A DNA stretch of 53,464 nt, taken from contig CAJVWV010000002.1 of the NCBI GenBank assembly GCA_913009695.1, forward strand, positions 1 to 53,464, given 5' to 3'. Of this stretch, positions 37,516 through 46,676 are shown one piece after another. The DNA is from an uncultured bacterium (GTDB taxonomy: Bacteria > Patescibacteriota > Patescibacteriia > Patescibacteriales > SZUA-104). Each line of letters opens with the position of its first letter. Position 1 is the first letter of the stretch. Under the pieces are notes generated by a model that searched no databases, was not told where the DNA came from, and saw only the letters and a list, made by a program, of their open reading frames with translations. The position numbers and the translations under genes are program-made.

Positions 37516-38793
37516 TTATCTTATCGCTCCGCTATAAGCTATCGCCCTTACCACATCCCATGCCGTGGCTTTTTTCGGACTGTATCCGTAAATATCCTTA
37601 AAGATTTTAATTGCCGCTTTTTCACTATTAAGATTTCTTTGAGCAGGCCTTAAGCCGTAGGCCATAACAGTAATCGCGGCATCATCATGCGGATTAGATA
37701 TGTTCGGGCTTCGCAAATAAACTATTTTAAAATTAATATTCGCCCTGTCCTCCGCTTTTTCGCTTGTCTTGCTCGGCCAGCGGCCATTGGCGATTTTAAT
37801 TATGTCGCTCCAGTCGGACGCGCTTGTCGGCGCTTTGCCGAACGCCGCCCTAAAACTGTTAACCGCTCCGCCTCGTTCTCCGGCTCCCAATATTTTCGTG
37901 GCTGGCGTGCCGTAAGTAATAAAATTGTTAATGGCGTTGCGCTCTTGGGCGGTAATTCCGAGGCCGGAAATAATTTTAGCCGTGATAGTTTTGCTAAAAT
38001 TTATTTCAGCGGTTAGATCTCTTTTTGCGCCGATTTGAGCGACAACTTGGCTGACATCGCCGGTCGCGATAGTTTCAGCGTCAGAAGACATTTGTTCTAA
38101 AGTCGTTTCACTCGTGGAATCAATAGCTGGCTCGCCATGCGATTCAATAATAGTTTCCGAAGCGGTTGTTTCCGGCTCCGTGGATTCCGGCTCTTCTTCC
38201 GTGATGTCCTCAATAATCAATTCCCCTGTAATCGGATCATAAGTTTGAAAAGTTGTCGGCGGAGGTGGAGTGGACGGAATGGACACTGAACCGCTGCTTG
38301 ATTGCACGCAGGTAGCACTCGCTCCTGAACCTGACAATTCATATCCGGAATCGCAGGTCGCGGCTCCGCAGGTCGGGAAAGAATTGTAAGTCGCGGCATT
38401 ATCTAAAGCCGTGCATAGTGAAGTGCAGTCAGTCGTTGCTGACGGCTCTATGGTATATGTTCCGGCGGTTGTCGGGACGGTGACATAACTTGTGCCCGGC
38501 GTTGAGTTTTCCGCGCAAGCCAAGTTAGTTCCGCCTTGCGTAACCTTAATTGATTTAACCGACGAGTCGGACGAGCCGACTTTAAAAGTTCCAGGATTTG
38601 TAACGGTAAAAGTTCCGCTGTTAAAAATCCAGCTTTCGGCCGTGGAGCCGTTCATTATCAGCATATCGGCTGTTCCGGCTCCGAAAGTTACGCTGTCAAC
38701 AGTAATATTTCCGTCAGCCGTAAAGTCGTTTGTAGCGGCTTGAGCGGGCAGAATTATGGACAAAGCCAAAAAAATTATAATAAATTTTCGCAT
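37516..38793 (-). CDS. Secreted/surface protein, Thr/Ser/Cys-rich, with helical C-terminal domain
   Basis: Signal peptide, Cys pairs, PSTPPPP and acidic linker; higher GC than neighbours. Confidence 0.75.
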   Translation of the reverse strand: MRKFIIIFLALSIILPAQAATNDFTADGNITVDSVTFGAGTADMLIMNGSTAESWIFNSGTFTVTNPGTFKVGSSDSSVKSIKVTQGGTNLACAENSTPGTSYVTVPTTAGTYTIEPSATTDCTSLCTALDNAATYNSFPTCGAATCDSGYELSGSGASATCVQSSSGSVSIPSTPPPPTTFQTYDPITGELIIEDITEEEPESTEPETTASETIIESHGEPAIDSTSETTLEQMSSDAETIATGDVSQVVAQIGAKRDLTAEINFSKTITAKIISGLGITAQERNAINNFITYGTPATKILGAGERGGAVNSFRAAFGKAPTSASDWSDIIKIANGRWPSKTSEKAEDRANINFKIVYLRSPNISNPHDDAAITVMAYGLRPAQRNLNSEKAAIKIFKDIYGYSPKKATAWDVVRAIAYSGAIR

Positions 38794-38899
38794 AATTTTT
38801 GTGTCTATTTAATTATTTTTTATTCTGCCCGACTTTAGTCGGCTTTTTAAAATTACTCACTAAAGTGAGGCGGAAATAAATATCGGAATTACTTTAAGA

Positions 38900-40255
38900 T
38901 TAATTAGAAGGGCAAGCCACGGTCGCGGAGTTGATTACTCCGTCCAAAATATAAATTTCACTGCAGCCGGCTCCGTCAGAGTCTTCCAATATAATCCTGC
39001 CGCCACTGCCTGCTGTTTCGCTGATAATTGAAACAGTGGATGTGGCTATGTCGTGGACTTCTAATTTAGTCGCTGGCGTAGATGTGCCAACGCCAACATT
39101 AGCGTTAAAAGATAAAATATTATTATCAAATTCTCCGTAGATTAAGGTTGAAGAAGCAGAGGTTTCTGAATTAGATATATAAAGTTTATTTGTTGACGAT
39201 GCGTTATATCCTGCTCTATATCCTAAAAAAACATTTCCTGAACCTGAATTATTATTGTATCCCGCATTATTGCCAATAAAAGTATTATTATCTCCTGATG
39301 TATGCTGGTACCCAGCACCACCGCCCAAAAATGCATTGCTTGAACCTGATATATTTGAATAACCCGCAGTAGTACCAATAAAAGTATTTGATGATCCTAA
39401 TGTGTTATATAAACCGGCCGAAGATCCAAAAAAATCATTATAACTTCCGCTAATATTATTATTTCCAGCGCTCTCGCCGACAAATGTGTTGAGTTGCCCA
39501 CTTGTTGTATTTGTCCCTGACTGATAACCTAAAAATGAATTTCCTCCGCCAGATATACTTAATGACCCTGAATCATCCCCAACGAAAATATTATTTCGCG
39601 TAGTTGAAGCAAATAAAATTGTTTCTCCATTAATTTTATAAGTACTGCTTAAATCAATATTAACATTTCCATTCACATCTAATTTATATTGAGGAGTTGT
39701 TGTGCCTATACCTATATCACCAGAACTATTAACAATAAATCTGTCCCCGTCCCCACTACCACCGTTTGATACCATAAATGTTCCGTTCACTTCAAGGGTT
39801 GCGTCTGGACTACTATCCTTTATTCCGATATTGCTTGTGCTAGTTAAGATTAATAAATCTTCAGTGGCATTAGCAATAGATAATAAATCGCTTAACCCAC
39901 TATTATTATTGATTGTCCATCCGGAAGATGTGGTAGAGGCCAATCTGATTCTGGACACTCCGTTTAATCCAGATTTGATATATAACTCTGTATCGCCACT
40001 ACTTTCAAATTTCGATGTTGATCCGCCACTTTTATAAAGGTGAAAATCTGAATCTGGAGTTATCGTGCCTATGCCCACTCTGTTGTTCGTTGAATCCACA
40101 TAAAGCGTATTAGTGTCAACCGTTAAATCGCCAGTGGTAGAGATATTGGCGCCGATCGTTGATGCGGCGTAAATAATTCCCGCGCAGGCAAGCGTGGAAA
40201 AAATTGAAGTTATCAATACTTTCAGTATTGTTTTTGATTTTAAAAATTTTCCCAT
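38900..40255 (-). CDS. Fibre/adhesin-like surface protein
   Basis: N-terminal TM/signal; repeated GIGTTTP-type and N-x-F-x-G-x-x-AG units; start set at ATG 40255. Confidence 0.7.
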   Translation of the reverse strand: MGKFLKSKTILKVLITSIFSTLACAGIIYAASTIGANISTTGDLTVDTNTLYVDSTNNRVGIGTITPDSDFHLYKSGGSTSKFESSGDTELYIKSGLNGVSRIRLASTTSSGWTINNNSGLSDLLSIANATEDLLILTSTSNIGIKDSSPDATLEVNGTFMVSNGGSGDGDRFIVNSSGDIGIGTTTPQYKLDVNGNVNIDLSSTYKINGETILFASTTRNNIFVGDDSGSLSISGGGNSFLGYQSGTNTTSGQLNTFVGESAGNNNISGSYNDFFGSSAGLYNTLGSSNTFIGTTAGYSNISGSSNAFLGGGAGYQHTSGDNNTFIGNNAGYNNNSGSGNVFLGYRAGYNASSTNKLYISNSETSASSTLIYGEFDNNILSFNANVGVGTSTPATKLEVHDIATSTVSIISETAGSGGRIILEDSDGAGCSEIYILDGVINSATVACPSN

Positions 40256-40423
40256 AAATTTTTTATTATCCACCCTATTAATATTTTAATCTGCCTTTGA
40301 TTAAATTATTAGACAGAGCGAATTTTAAGTTGTTATTAAAATTATAAAAATAAAAAGCCAGCCAATTCAAAAATCAGCTAGCTTAAAAAAATAAATTCTG
40401 TTGAATTTGTAATTATCATAAAA

Positions 40424-40600
40424 CCTTGGTTGGATTTCGTTTTATGGCGGAGACGCACAAAACTCCCCGCTAGTCGGTGGTTTCCCACCCATAACCCTTT
40501 CGAGCTATGACCAACCAAGGCAATCTAGACGAGGAGTCTAATGCCTTGGTTGGTATTCAAAACCATGCCTTGAAAATAAAAAATTTCCAAGGGTTAGGTT
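40424..40600 (-). promoter_or_regulatory. Candidate structured 5' leader with alternative pairings
   Basis: CCAACCAAGG in three places; two GAAA-loop hairpins on the minus strand; upstream of the adhesin-like gene. Confidence 0.5.
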
Positions 40601-40676
40601 ATTTTCTGTTACTCAATTGTTGATTATACAATAACACAAAAAATTTTAACGCGCAAGGATTTTAATTTGCGAAAAT

Positions 40677-40718
40677 AAAAAACCCCTGCTCTATGGTTTT
40701 ACCATAAAGCAGGGGTTG
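40677..40718 (-). terminator. Intrinsic terminator after the NYN gene
   Basis: aacccctgct-c-tatgg...ccata-a-agcaggggtt with A-run on the left. Confidence 0.75.
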
Positions 40719-40746
40719 TGAAACCGGTTAGAATTTTATTTTATGG

Positions 40747-41298
40747 CTAAATAAACGATTTATGGATAAACTTTTCAATGTCGTCTTTTATTAATAGCCG
40801 TGATAAATTTGAATTTTTTTGAAGGCCAAAACTTGGACAATGTGAAAATCCAACATACTCAACTTCTTTTCCTAAATATTTTATATGTTTAATCGCCGGA
40901 ATTAAATCCGTATCTGAAGAAATTAATATTGCCGTGTCATATCTATTTTCATACGCGCCGATAAGCATATCAATCGCCAGCTTTACATCAACGCTTTTTT
41001 CATGAAATTTTCCGTTATTATCCATAAGGTAACCTTGCTTTACGCAAAAATTTTATTTTTCTAAATTACTAAAAAGTTTTTGTTGGTTTTTTCTCATACT
41101 CATGGCTTTGCTATTATTGCCTTTAACCCTTACGGCTCCAACATAATAACGATACGAAACCACTACCCTGCCTCTGGCTAAAAAATCACTAAATTCTTTG
41201 TAATCAAAATAAATTGAATTCTCAACCTTTAAATCTTTAAGCTTGTAATATAAATTACTGCCGTCTATATAAACTGCGATTTTGTTGATTTTATCCAT
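40747..41298 (-). pseudogene. NYN-domain (PIN-like) protein with in-frame TAA
   Basis: YIDGSNLY in 41053..41298 and EKSVDVKLAIDM, SSDTDL in 40747..41025; same frame, 27 nt apart. Confidence 0.85.
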
Positions 41299-41482
41299 AT
41301 TTACAAAAACCCACCGTGCCTCCTTGCGGAGACAGGGTGGGTGGTGTTAGCGCAAATAAACCATTGCGACCATAGACACTATTTCAGAGGTAAAAATATT
41401 ATAGCAGAAACAATAACTATGTCAATACTTATCCACAGTATAATAATTATAGCATAAATAGTGGAAAAATCAAGGGCACGGT

Positions 41483-42142
41483 TTATTTTATAACCAAACT
41501 TTCCAATTTTTTCGCTTCGCTGATAAAATAATCCTGCCAAACTTTATTGTTTATTTTTTTCTTCATAATCGGATAATCTTTAACTGATTCGGCTAAAATC
41601 AACTGGCTGCCCAATTGCAGGGGGTCAATATGAAAATCAAATTTAATTTTCGCTTTTTTAACCAGCTCGCTGATTGTCCAGCCGGTTTTCTTGATTATAA
41701 AATATAAATCAATAAAATCTCTTGAACGCGGATTTTGGTAAATAGTAAAAATTTTATTTACCGCGATATCCAATAAACTGTCAATATCCAGTCCGTCTTT
41801 TTTAAGGGATTTGTTTATTCTGGGAAAAGGATAATAAGTGAACTCAGTTTTTATAATATCGTTTTTCAGATGAATAAAAAATAAATTGCGGTTAAAACTC
41901 TGTTCAAAATCAATTTTTTTAATTCCTAATTTTATTTTGTTTTTTTTAAAAAAAACGCTTATTGCTTGCGCGTCAAATTCATTTTCCGAAAAAAAATCCA
42001 AATCCTCGGAAAAGCGATGCTTAAGATAAAATTCGGCCAGAGCCGTGCCGCCGGAAAGATAAAAAAACCGGCAGATCTTTCGGTCCCGGCTGACAGCGCT
42101 TAACACTTTATTTTGGTTGCGGCTTAAAATTGTTTGGGCCAT
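41483..42142 (-). CDS. AbiEii/AbiGii-family nucleotidyltransferase toxin
   Basis: LSGGTALAEFYLKHRFSEDLDFF, NK...RSRDFIDLY. Confidence 0.9.
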   Translation of the reverse strand: MAQTILSRNQNKVLSAVSRDRKICRFFYLSGGTALAEFYLKHRFSEDLDFFSENEFDAQAISVFFKKNKIKLGIKKIDFEQSFNRNLFFIHLKNDIIKTEFTYYPFPRINKSLKKDGLDIDSLLDIAVNKIFTIYQNPRSRDFIDLYFIIKKTGWTISELVKKAKIKFDFHIDPLQLGSQLILAESVKDYPIMKKKINNKVWQDYFISEAKKLESLVIK

Positions 42143-42147
42143 AAAAA

Positions 42148-42351
42148 TTATTTGTTTTTAAACCCTAAAAGCATAGAAAGAAATTTTTTTCTTTTCGCGT
42201 CTAAATTAAGAAACGGCCAGTATTTTTTTAATTGCCGGCGGTTGAGTTTTCCGCCATTCAAACCAAAATTAACCATTTGCTCCAAGCGCCAAATAGCGTA
42301 TTTATTTTTATCTTTTTTTAATTCAGCCGTGTCCACTGACCAATTATACAT
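42148..42351 (-). CDS. Small putative antitoxin partner
   Basis: MYNWSVD...WRLEQMVNFG directly upstream of the AbiEii gene. Confidence 0.7.
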   Translation of the reverse strand: MYNWSVDTAELKKDKNKYAIWRLEQMVNFGLNGGKLNRRQLKKYWPFLNLDAKRKKFLSMLLGFKNK

Positions 42352-43084
42352 ACTTACAGTATAGCATAAATATTGAAAAAATCAAGGACAAATAGTCAAA
42401 ATAGCCTAAAGTCTTGAAAAATTCAATGACTTCATATATACTAAAATCAAAGTTAAATATTGATTTTATTTCGGTTGCCCCGCCATCGCCCCCCCCTGCC
42501 GAAGCGGGGAGGAATAAATATGGCTCTAAAAAGATTTTTAAATCTTTTTTAAATATTTTGCCGTTAAGGTTTGCCTTTAAAGAAAAAAAACAGAAAAATT
42601 TTCTTTTCCTTAAATTTAAAAAAGGGGGGGGACAATAAAAAAATAATGTAGAGAAAATTTTTCTGTTTTTTCTTTTTAAATTGATATTTCCTTTTACCAT
42701 CCTTTTCCGCCGAATACTTCGGCGGAATTAAAAGATAAAAGCTCGCAAGGCGAGCTTCCGAATTAAAAATCTTCGTTTGGATTTTCTTCAAAATGAGTTC
42801 GGAGTTTTTTCAGGACAAGGCACATAAAAACTCTGTTTTAAAAAAGCAGAGTTTTTGGTTTAAAAATTTGACCTTTTTTCAGTTTTATACTAATATAAAA
42901 CCAGAAAATCCAATAAATGGAGATCAAGCTGAGGAGGAGCTTGGTTTTTTGTGCCCTTTATAAATTAATAACATCTGAAAAAAGAGAAGAGAATAATAGC
43001 TTGGCTTTTTTCGTACCTTAAAACAATAAATATTTAGATAGACAAAAATGTAAACCTGAAAAAATTTTGTAAAGGAGAAAAAAC

Positions 43085-43594
43085 ATGAACGACGTAAGAG
43101 TAATTCTTGGAAGTGAATCAGACGGCAACAATGCCAATATAATATTGAAGGTATTGCGTGATGTTGCTGTGAAATATGGTGTCTCAGTTGCTTCTTGCCA
43201 CAGGAACTCTGGCGGAAGGTTTGAAAAATTTACTAAAGACATAAAGGAGAAGATTATTGTGTTTATTGGCGGAATGTCCTTAGCTGCACCGGGATTAATT
43301 GAATCTATTCTCAGAAACACAAACAATCATGACTATATTGTTTTCGGCGTACCGACTGATAAGCCTGCACGAAGTGCAATTGAAGATCTCCCAATGGGAA
43401 CCGCAATAATTACCTCCGGCCTTAACGAGACAAGCTTAGAACACAGCTTAACAAACAGCGCTTTAGCAATTGCTAAATTAGCTGCGATACTGGGTAATAA
43501 AGAAGTTTTCGAGGGACTTGCTTACTGGCATAAGGAAATCAAAGATGAAAAACCTCTTGTGCCGGAAGTAAAACTAACAGAAGGCTTAATGTAA
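43085..43594 (+). CDS. purE: Divergent PurE-family (AIR carboxylase/N5-CAIR mutase) protein
   Basis: ILGSESD, VASCHRN, VFGVP, DLPMG, NSALAIAK; upstream of purC. Confidence 0.75.
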   Translation: MNDVRVILGSESDGNNANIILKVLRDVAVKYGVSVASCHRNSGGRFEKFTKDIKEKIIVFIGGMSLAAPGLIESILRNTNNHDYIVFGVPTDKPARSAIEDLPMGTAIITSGLNETSLEHSLTNSALAIAKLAAILGNKEVFEGLAYWHKEIKDEKPLVPEVKLTEGLM

Positions 43595-43634
43595 AGACAA
43601 AATAAACTGAACTATAGAAAAGGAGGATAAATAA

Positions 43635-44645
43635 ATGGCTAAAATTCCTAAGAACGTAAAAAACGCAGCTTTAATTCCATCTCTAATGGAATATCTTTTT
43701 TCACAAGGCAAAGTGAGGGACACATACAAGTTGCCTTTCGGCGAGAAGTTCCTTTTGCTGTTGCTCGCTTCTGACAGACTGTCAATCTTTGATTTCGTTT
43801 TGAACGCGCTTGTGCCCCGTAAAGGAGAGGTACTGACGGCCTTGACGCATTTCTGGCTTACCAAGATATTCCCAGAATTACCAAATCACCTTAAAAAATC
43901 AGGCATGTTTCCTGGGGGAAACTATGCGCTTGATTACAAAGAAACATTTAGTGACATCCCCCTGGAAAGATGTTTAGCAGTAAATAGTGTAAATATTCCT
44001 GATTACGAGATGATATACAGGCACCATATAGGGGGGTCTGTTTTCAAGAAATACCAGGAGACAGGAATGGCCGGAGGACAAAAGCTTGAAAAAGGTCTGC
44101 CAAAATGGAGCGCTTTATCAAAGCCGCTTTTTACACCCTCTACTAAAGCTGATGAGGGTCATGATATTAACATTGACGCTGAAGTATATCTGAAAGCTAT
44201 GGGCGCCAAGGGGAAAGCAGCAGTAGAAATGTTCGAAACTATCTACACGGCGGCTTATAACTACGCTAAAAAGAGGGGCATCCTAATATTGGATACAAAG
44301 TTTGAAGGAGATGAAGTTATTGCCGATGAAGTAATTACTCCTGATTCAAGCAGATTTACGACGATTGACGACTGGGAAAAGGCAATGACCGAAGGAAGAG
44401 ATCCAATATTTTACGACAAAGAACCTGTACGCCAGTGGGGCAAAGCCATTGAGACTCCTTTCGGGTCTACTGGCATACATAAGCTTGATCCGGAAAACGC
44501 TGATCATGTTAAGTTCGTTCACGAACTAGAGGTTCCAGCAGAGATTATAGAAGAAACCACAAACAGATATCTGGACATTTTCCAGAAAATAACTGACAGC
44601 GACCTTGATGATTACCAGAAAAATAATCAACTGAAAGTAGCATAA
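43635..44645 (+). CDS. purC: SAICAR synthetase
   Basis: QGKVRDTY, SDRLSIFD, FTPSTKADEGHDINI, DTKFE, ADEVITPDSSRF, DKEPVRQW. Confidence 0.93.
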   Translation: MAKIPKNVKNAALIPSLMEYLFSQGKVRDTYKLPFGEKFLLLLLASDRLSIFDFVLNALVPRKGEVLTALTHFWLTKIFPELPNHLKKSGMFPGGNYALDYKETFSDIPLERCLAVNSVNIPDYEMIYRHHIGGSVFKKYQETGMAGGQKLEKGLPKWSALSKPLFTPSTKADEGHDINIDAEVYLKAMGAKGKAAVEMFETIYTAAYNYAKKRGILILDTKFEGDEVIADEVITPDSSRFTTIDDWEKAMTEGRDPIFYDKEPVRQWGKAIETPFGSTGIHKLDPENADHVKFVHELEVPAEIIEETTNRYLDIFQKITDSDLDDYQKNNQLKVA

Positions 44646-44653
44646 ATCAAAAC

Positions 44654-44687
44654 ACCCCCTGAGCATACCACTCAGGGGGATTTTTTA
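44654..44687 (+). terminator. Intrinsic terminator after purC
   Basis: ccccctgag-catacca-ctcaggggg followed by a T-run. Confidence 0.8.
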
Positions 44688-44705
44688 TACTTAAAAATTT
44701 ATTTT

Positions 44706-45752
44706 TTATTTTCTATTCTCAGCCTCTTTGCCGTCAAAAATATCTTTTACAAAAACCGAAATGGCTGTTGCTACCGGGATTGATAAAATCGCTCCAATTA
44801 CACCGGCTATTTTAAATCCCATGAGAAGCACCGCAATGCTAATAATCGGATTTAGTCCTACGGCTTTTTGCATTATTTTCGGAACCAAGATATTATTTTC
44901 AACTAATTGGATAATATAATATAACGCGGCAACGAATATAGCGAGCATTGGAGCTTGCGTAAAAGCCAAAAACACAGCCGGAATCGCGGCTAAAATCGGA
45001 CCTAAATACGGAATAAATTCTGTTAAGCCGGCGATTAAAGCAAGAACTAAGGCGTACTCAATTCCTAAAATAGAAAGTCCCGCGTATGTTAAAATAAAAA
45101 TAATTAAACTTAAAATAAGCTGCCCCCTTAACCACATGCCGATTTTCTTTTGCATGCGATTTATAAGCTGCATTATATATGGCTGATGCTGAACCGGCGC
45201 GATAGAAAAAATTAATTTCTTTATCGCGTTTTCTTCAACTATCATGTAAAAAGTTAAAACCAAAACTAAGAAAAAAGAAAATATTCCGCCGAAAATTCCG
45301 GTGACTGTTGAAAATACGCCAGTTGCGGCAGTTTGTAAATTTGAGCTTATTGTGCCTAGACTTTCTTTCACGCTATCCAATACTCCATGCTGAACTGTAT
45401 AATCTCTAAAAGCGGAAAAACCAACCATTATCTTGTCTAAAATTTTCGGAAAATTAGAAGCTAACTCCCCCACTTCTTTTACTATTGGAGGAATAATTAA
45501 ATAAATAACCGAACTAAGCACAATAAAAAAAACTAAATAAATAAATAAAACCCCTAATGCCCTTGGAATTTTCCTTTTCTGCATCCAGTCAACCCAAGGG
45601 TCAACCGCGCTGGCTAAAATAAGCGCCACAAAAAGAACCGCTAAAATATCTTTAATTAAAAACAAAAAATAAAGTATTAAAAAAATTACAATTACTTTAA
45701 GTATTGTGGCGGTAGTAATATTTATATTTATTGGCCTGTTTTTTAGTTCCAT
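44706..45752 (-). CDS. AI-2E family transporter
   Basis: WLRGQL, IPYLGP, QLVENNILVPKIM, GLNP, LSIP. Confidence 0.9.
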   Translation of the reverse strand: MELKNRPININITTATILKVIVIFLILYFLFLIKDILAVLFVALILASAVDPWVDWMQKRKIPRALGVLFIYLVFFIVLSSVIYLIIPPIVKEVGELASNFPKILDKIMVGFSAFRDYTVQHGVLDSVKESLGTISSNLQTAATGVFSTVTGIFGGIFSFFLVLVLTFYMIVEENAIKKLIFSIAPVQHQPYIMQLINRMQKKIGMWLRGQLILSLIIFILTYAGLSILGIEYALVLALIAGLTEFIPYLGPILAAIPAVFLAFTQAPMLAIFVAALYYIIQLVENNILVPKIMQKAVGLNPIISIAVLLMGFKIAGVIGAILSIPVATAISVFVKDIFDGKEAENRK

Positions 45753-46093
45753 ATTGTTAGTTAATTAGTTATTATCAACATGGGGTCGGGAAACCCAACA
45801 TCTATCTCTATTATAAAATATTTTGTAAATTAAGGCAACAACAGTTAAATCCCCATCTACTCAACTCCCCCTCCTGACTAGGAGGGAGCTAGGGTGGCAA
45901 GCAATAAAAAACCCTAGTTGATAAATCAACCAGGGCTGTGAAAGGTAAAAAGTTTAGCTTCAGGACGACGATAATTCTGTCGCCCTGAAGCCAGGGGGCT
46001 CAGGAGAATCAATTTCTCCTCAACAGAGAAAGCCCGCGCGCGGATATATAGTATCTCGGACTCCCTCTCTGAAAATGAGAATTATTCTTACTA

Positions 46094-46396
46094 TTAGACA
46101 GCCCATTGACCAAGCGCATCCTGAACCAATTGAAGCGCAGTCTTTGTTGTTCCCAGTGGTGTTACCGCAGATAAACGCGGTGATACCAAAGTAGAGCCGT
46201 CAGAGCTCATGATCTTTACCAGTGTCTCTGATTGCAACCTACCTATCATATCGCTAACTGCTAACACCCTTACTTTTTCACCTTTGTGAAGAGCCTCAAA
46301 ACTATCTCCTTCCAAGGGAATGTAGCTATCCCCAAAATTAATAAGATTGTTTGTGTTATCTGCTGCGCTTTCTACTTCACGTTCTGTGTTCTGCAT
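46094..46396 (-). CDS. Hypothetical protein
   Basis: AAAGGA RBS, 100 aa, promoter at about 46572-46600. Confidence 0.6.
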   Translation of the reverse strand: MQNTEREVESAADNTNNLINFGDSYIPLEGDSFEALHKGEKVRVLAVSDMIGRLQSETLVKIMSSDGSTLVSPRLSAVTPLGTTKTALQLVQDALGQWAV

Positions 46397-46571
46397 GAGT
46401 ATTATCCTTTGTTATAAAATTCCAATTGATAACTGTTAATACAGCCATCCCCCTGCTTTTAACTGTTACGTCTATTGTCTCCTTTCTTTTTTTATTGTTA
46501 TATAATGAGCGTGCTTGTTTTAAAAACCTCCTTTTTATTAATATTTTCTCTGAAGCGAGAAAACTCTAATA

Positions 46572-46614
46572 ATCATAACAGACGCCTTGACGCTTGTCAA
46601 GAATATGATATAGT
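46572..46614. promoter_or_regulatory. Overlapping divergent promoters
   Basis: Palindrome CTTGAC-GCTT-GTCAAG (46586-46601) provides TTGACA-17-TATGAT (minus) and TTGACG-16-TATAGT (plus). Confidence 0.6.
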
Positions 46615-46676
46615 AATAGTAATATTACATAAAAAAACAGCTTCACATAAATTAAACAGTAACAGGGAGAGCAACA

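Larger units (their letters stand above)
37205..42824. mobile_element. Probable integrase-less genomic island at the tRNA-Leu 3' end
   Basis: AGGCACA at 37200-37206 recurs at 42818-42824 followed by a terminator hairpin; odd G/C-run-rich ends; cargo of surface proteins, NYN and a TA pair. Confidence 0.45.

Noticed and set aside
1437-40273. Prophage suggested by holin-like, baseplate-like and fibre-like genes
   Set aside because: The genes are dispersed among housekeeping loci and there is no terminase, capsid, portal or integrase.
18625-41055. Stop-codon reassignment suggested by in-frame stops (TAG 18625, TAA 30530, TAA 41053)
   Set aside because: TAA and TAG end conserved genes normally throughout the window, and all three cases are accessory genes; nonsense mutation is simpler.
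13012-41437. Replication origin from DnaA boxes near parAB
   Set aside because: Only isolated TTATCCACA matches (about 13012 and 41429), no cluster, no dnaA, and no parS palindrome seen.
42344-42791. ORFs 42344..42700, 42414..42638 and 42564..42791
   Set aside because: Low-complexity F/K-rich translations of homopolymer-rich island-end DNA.
42900-43080. Purine or ZTP riboswitch before purE
   Set aside because: Only one simple hairpin (gatcaagct...agcttggtt); no recognisable aptamer consensus.
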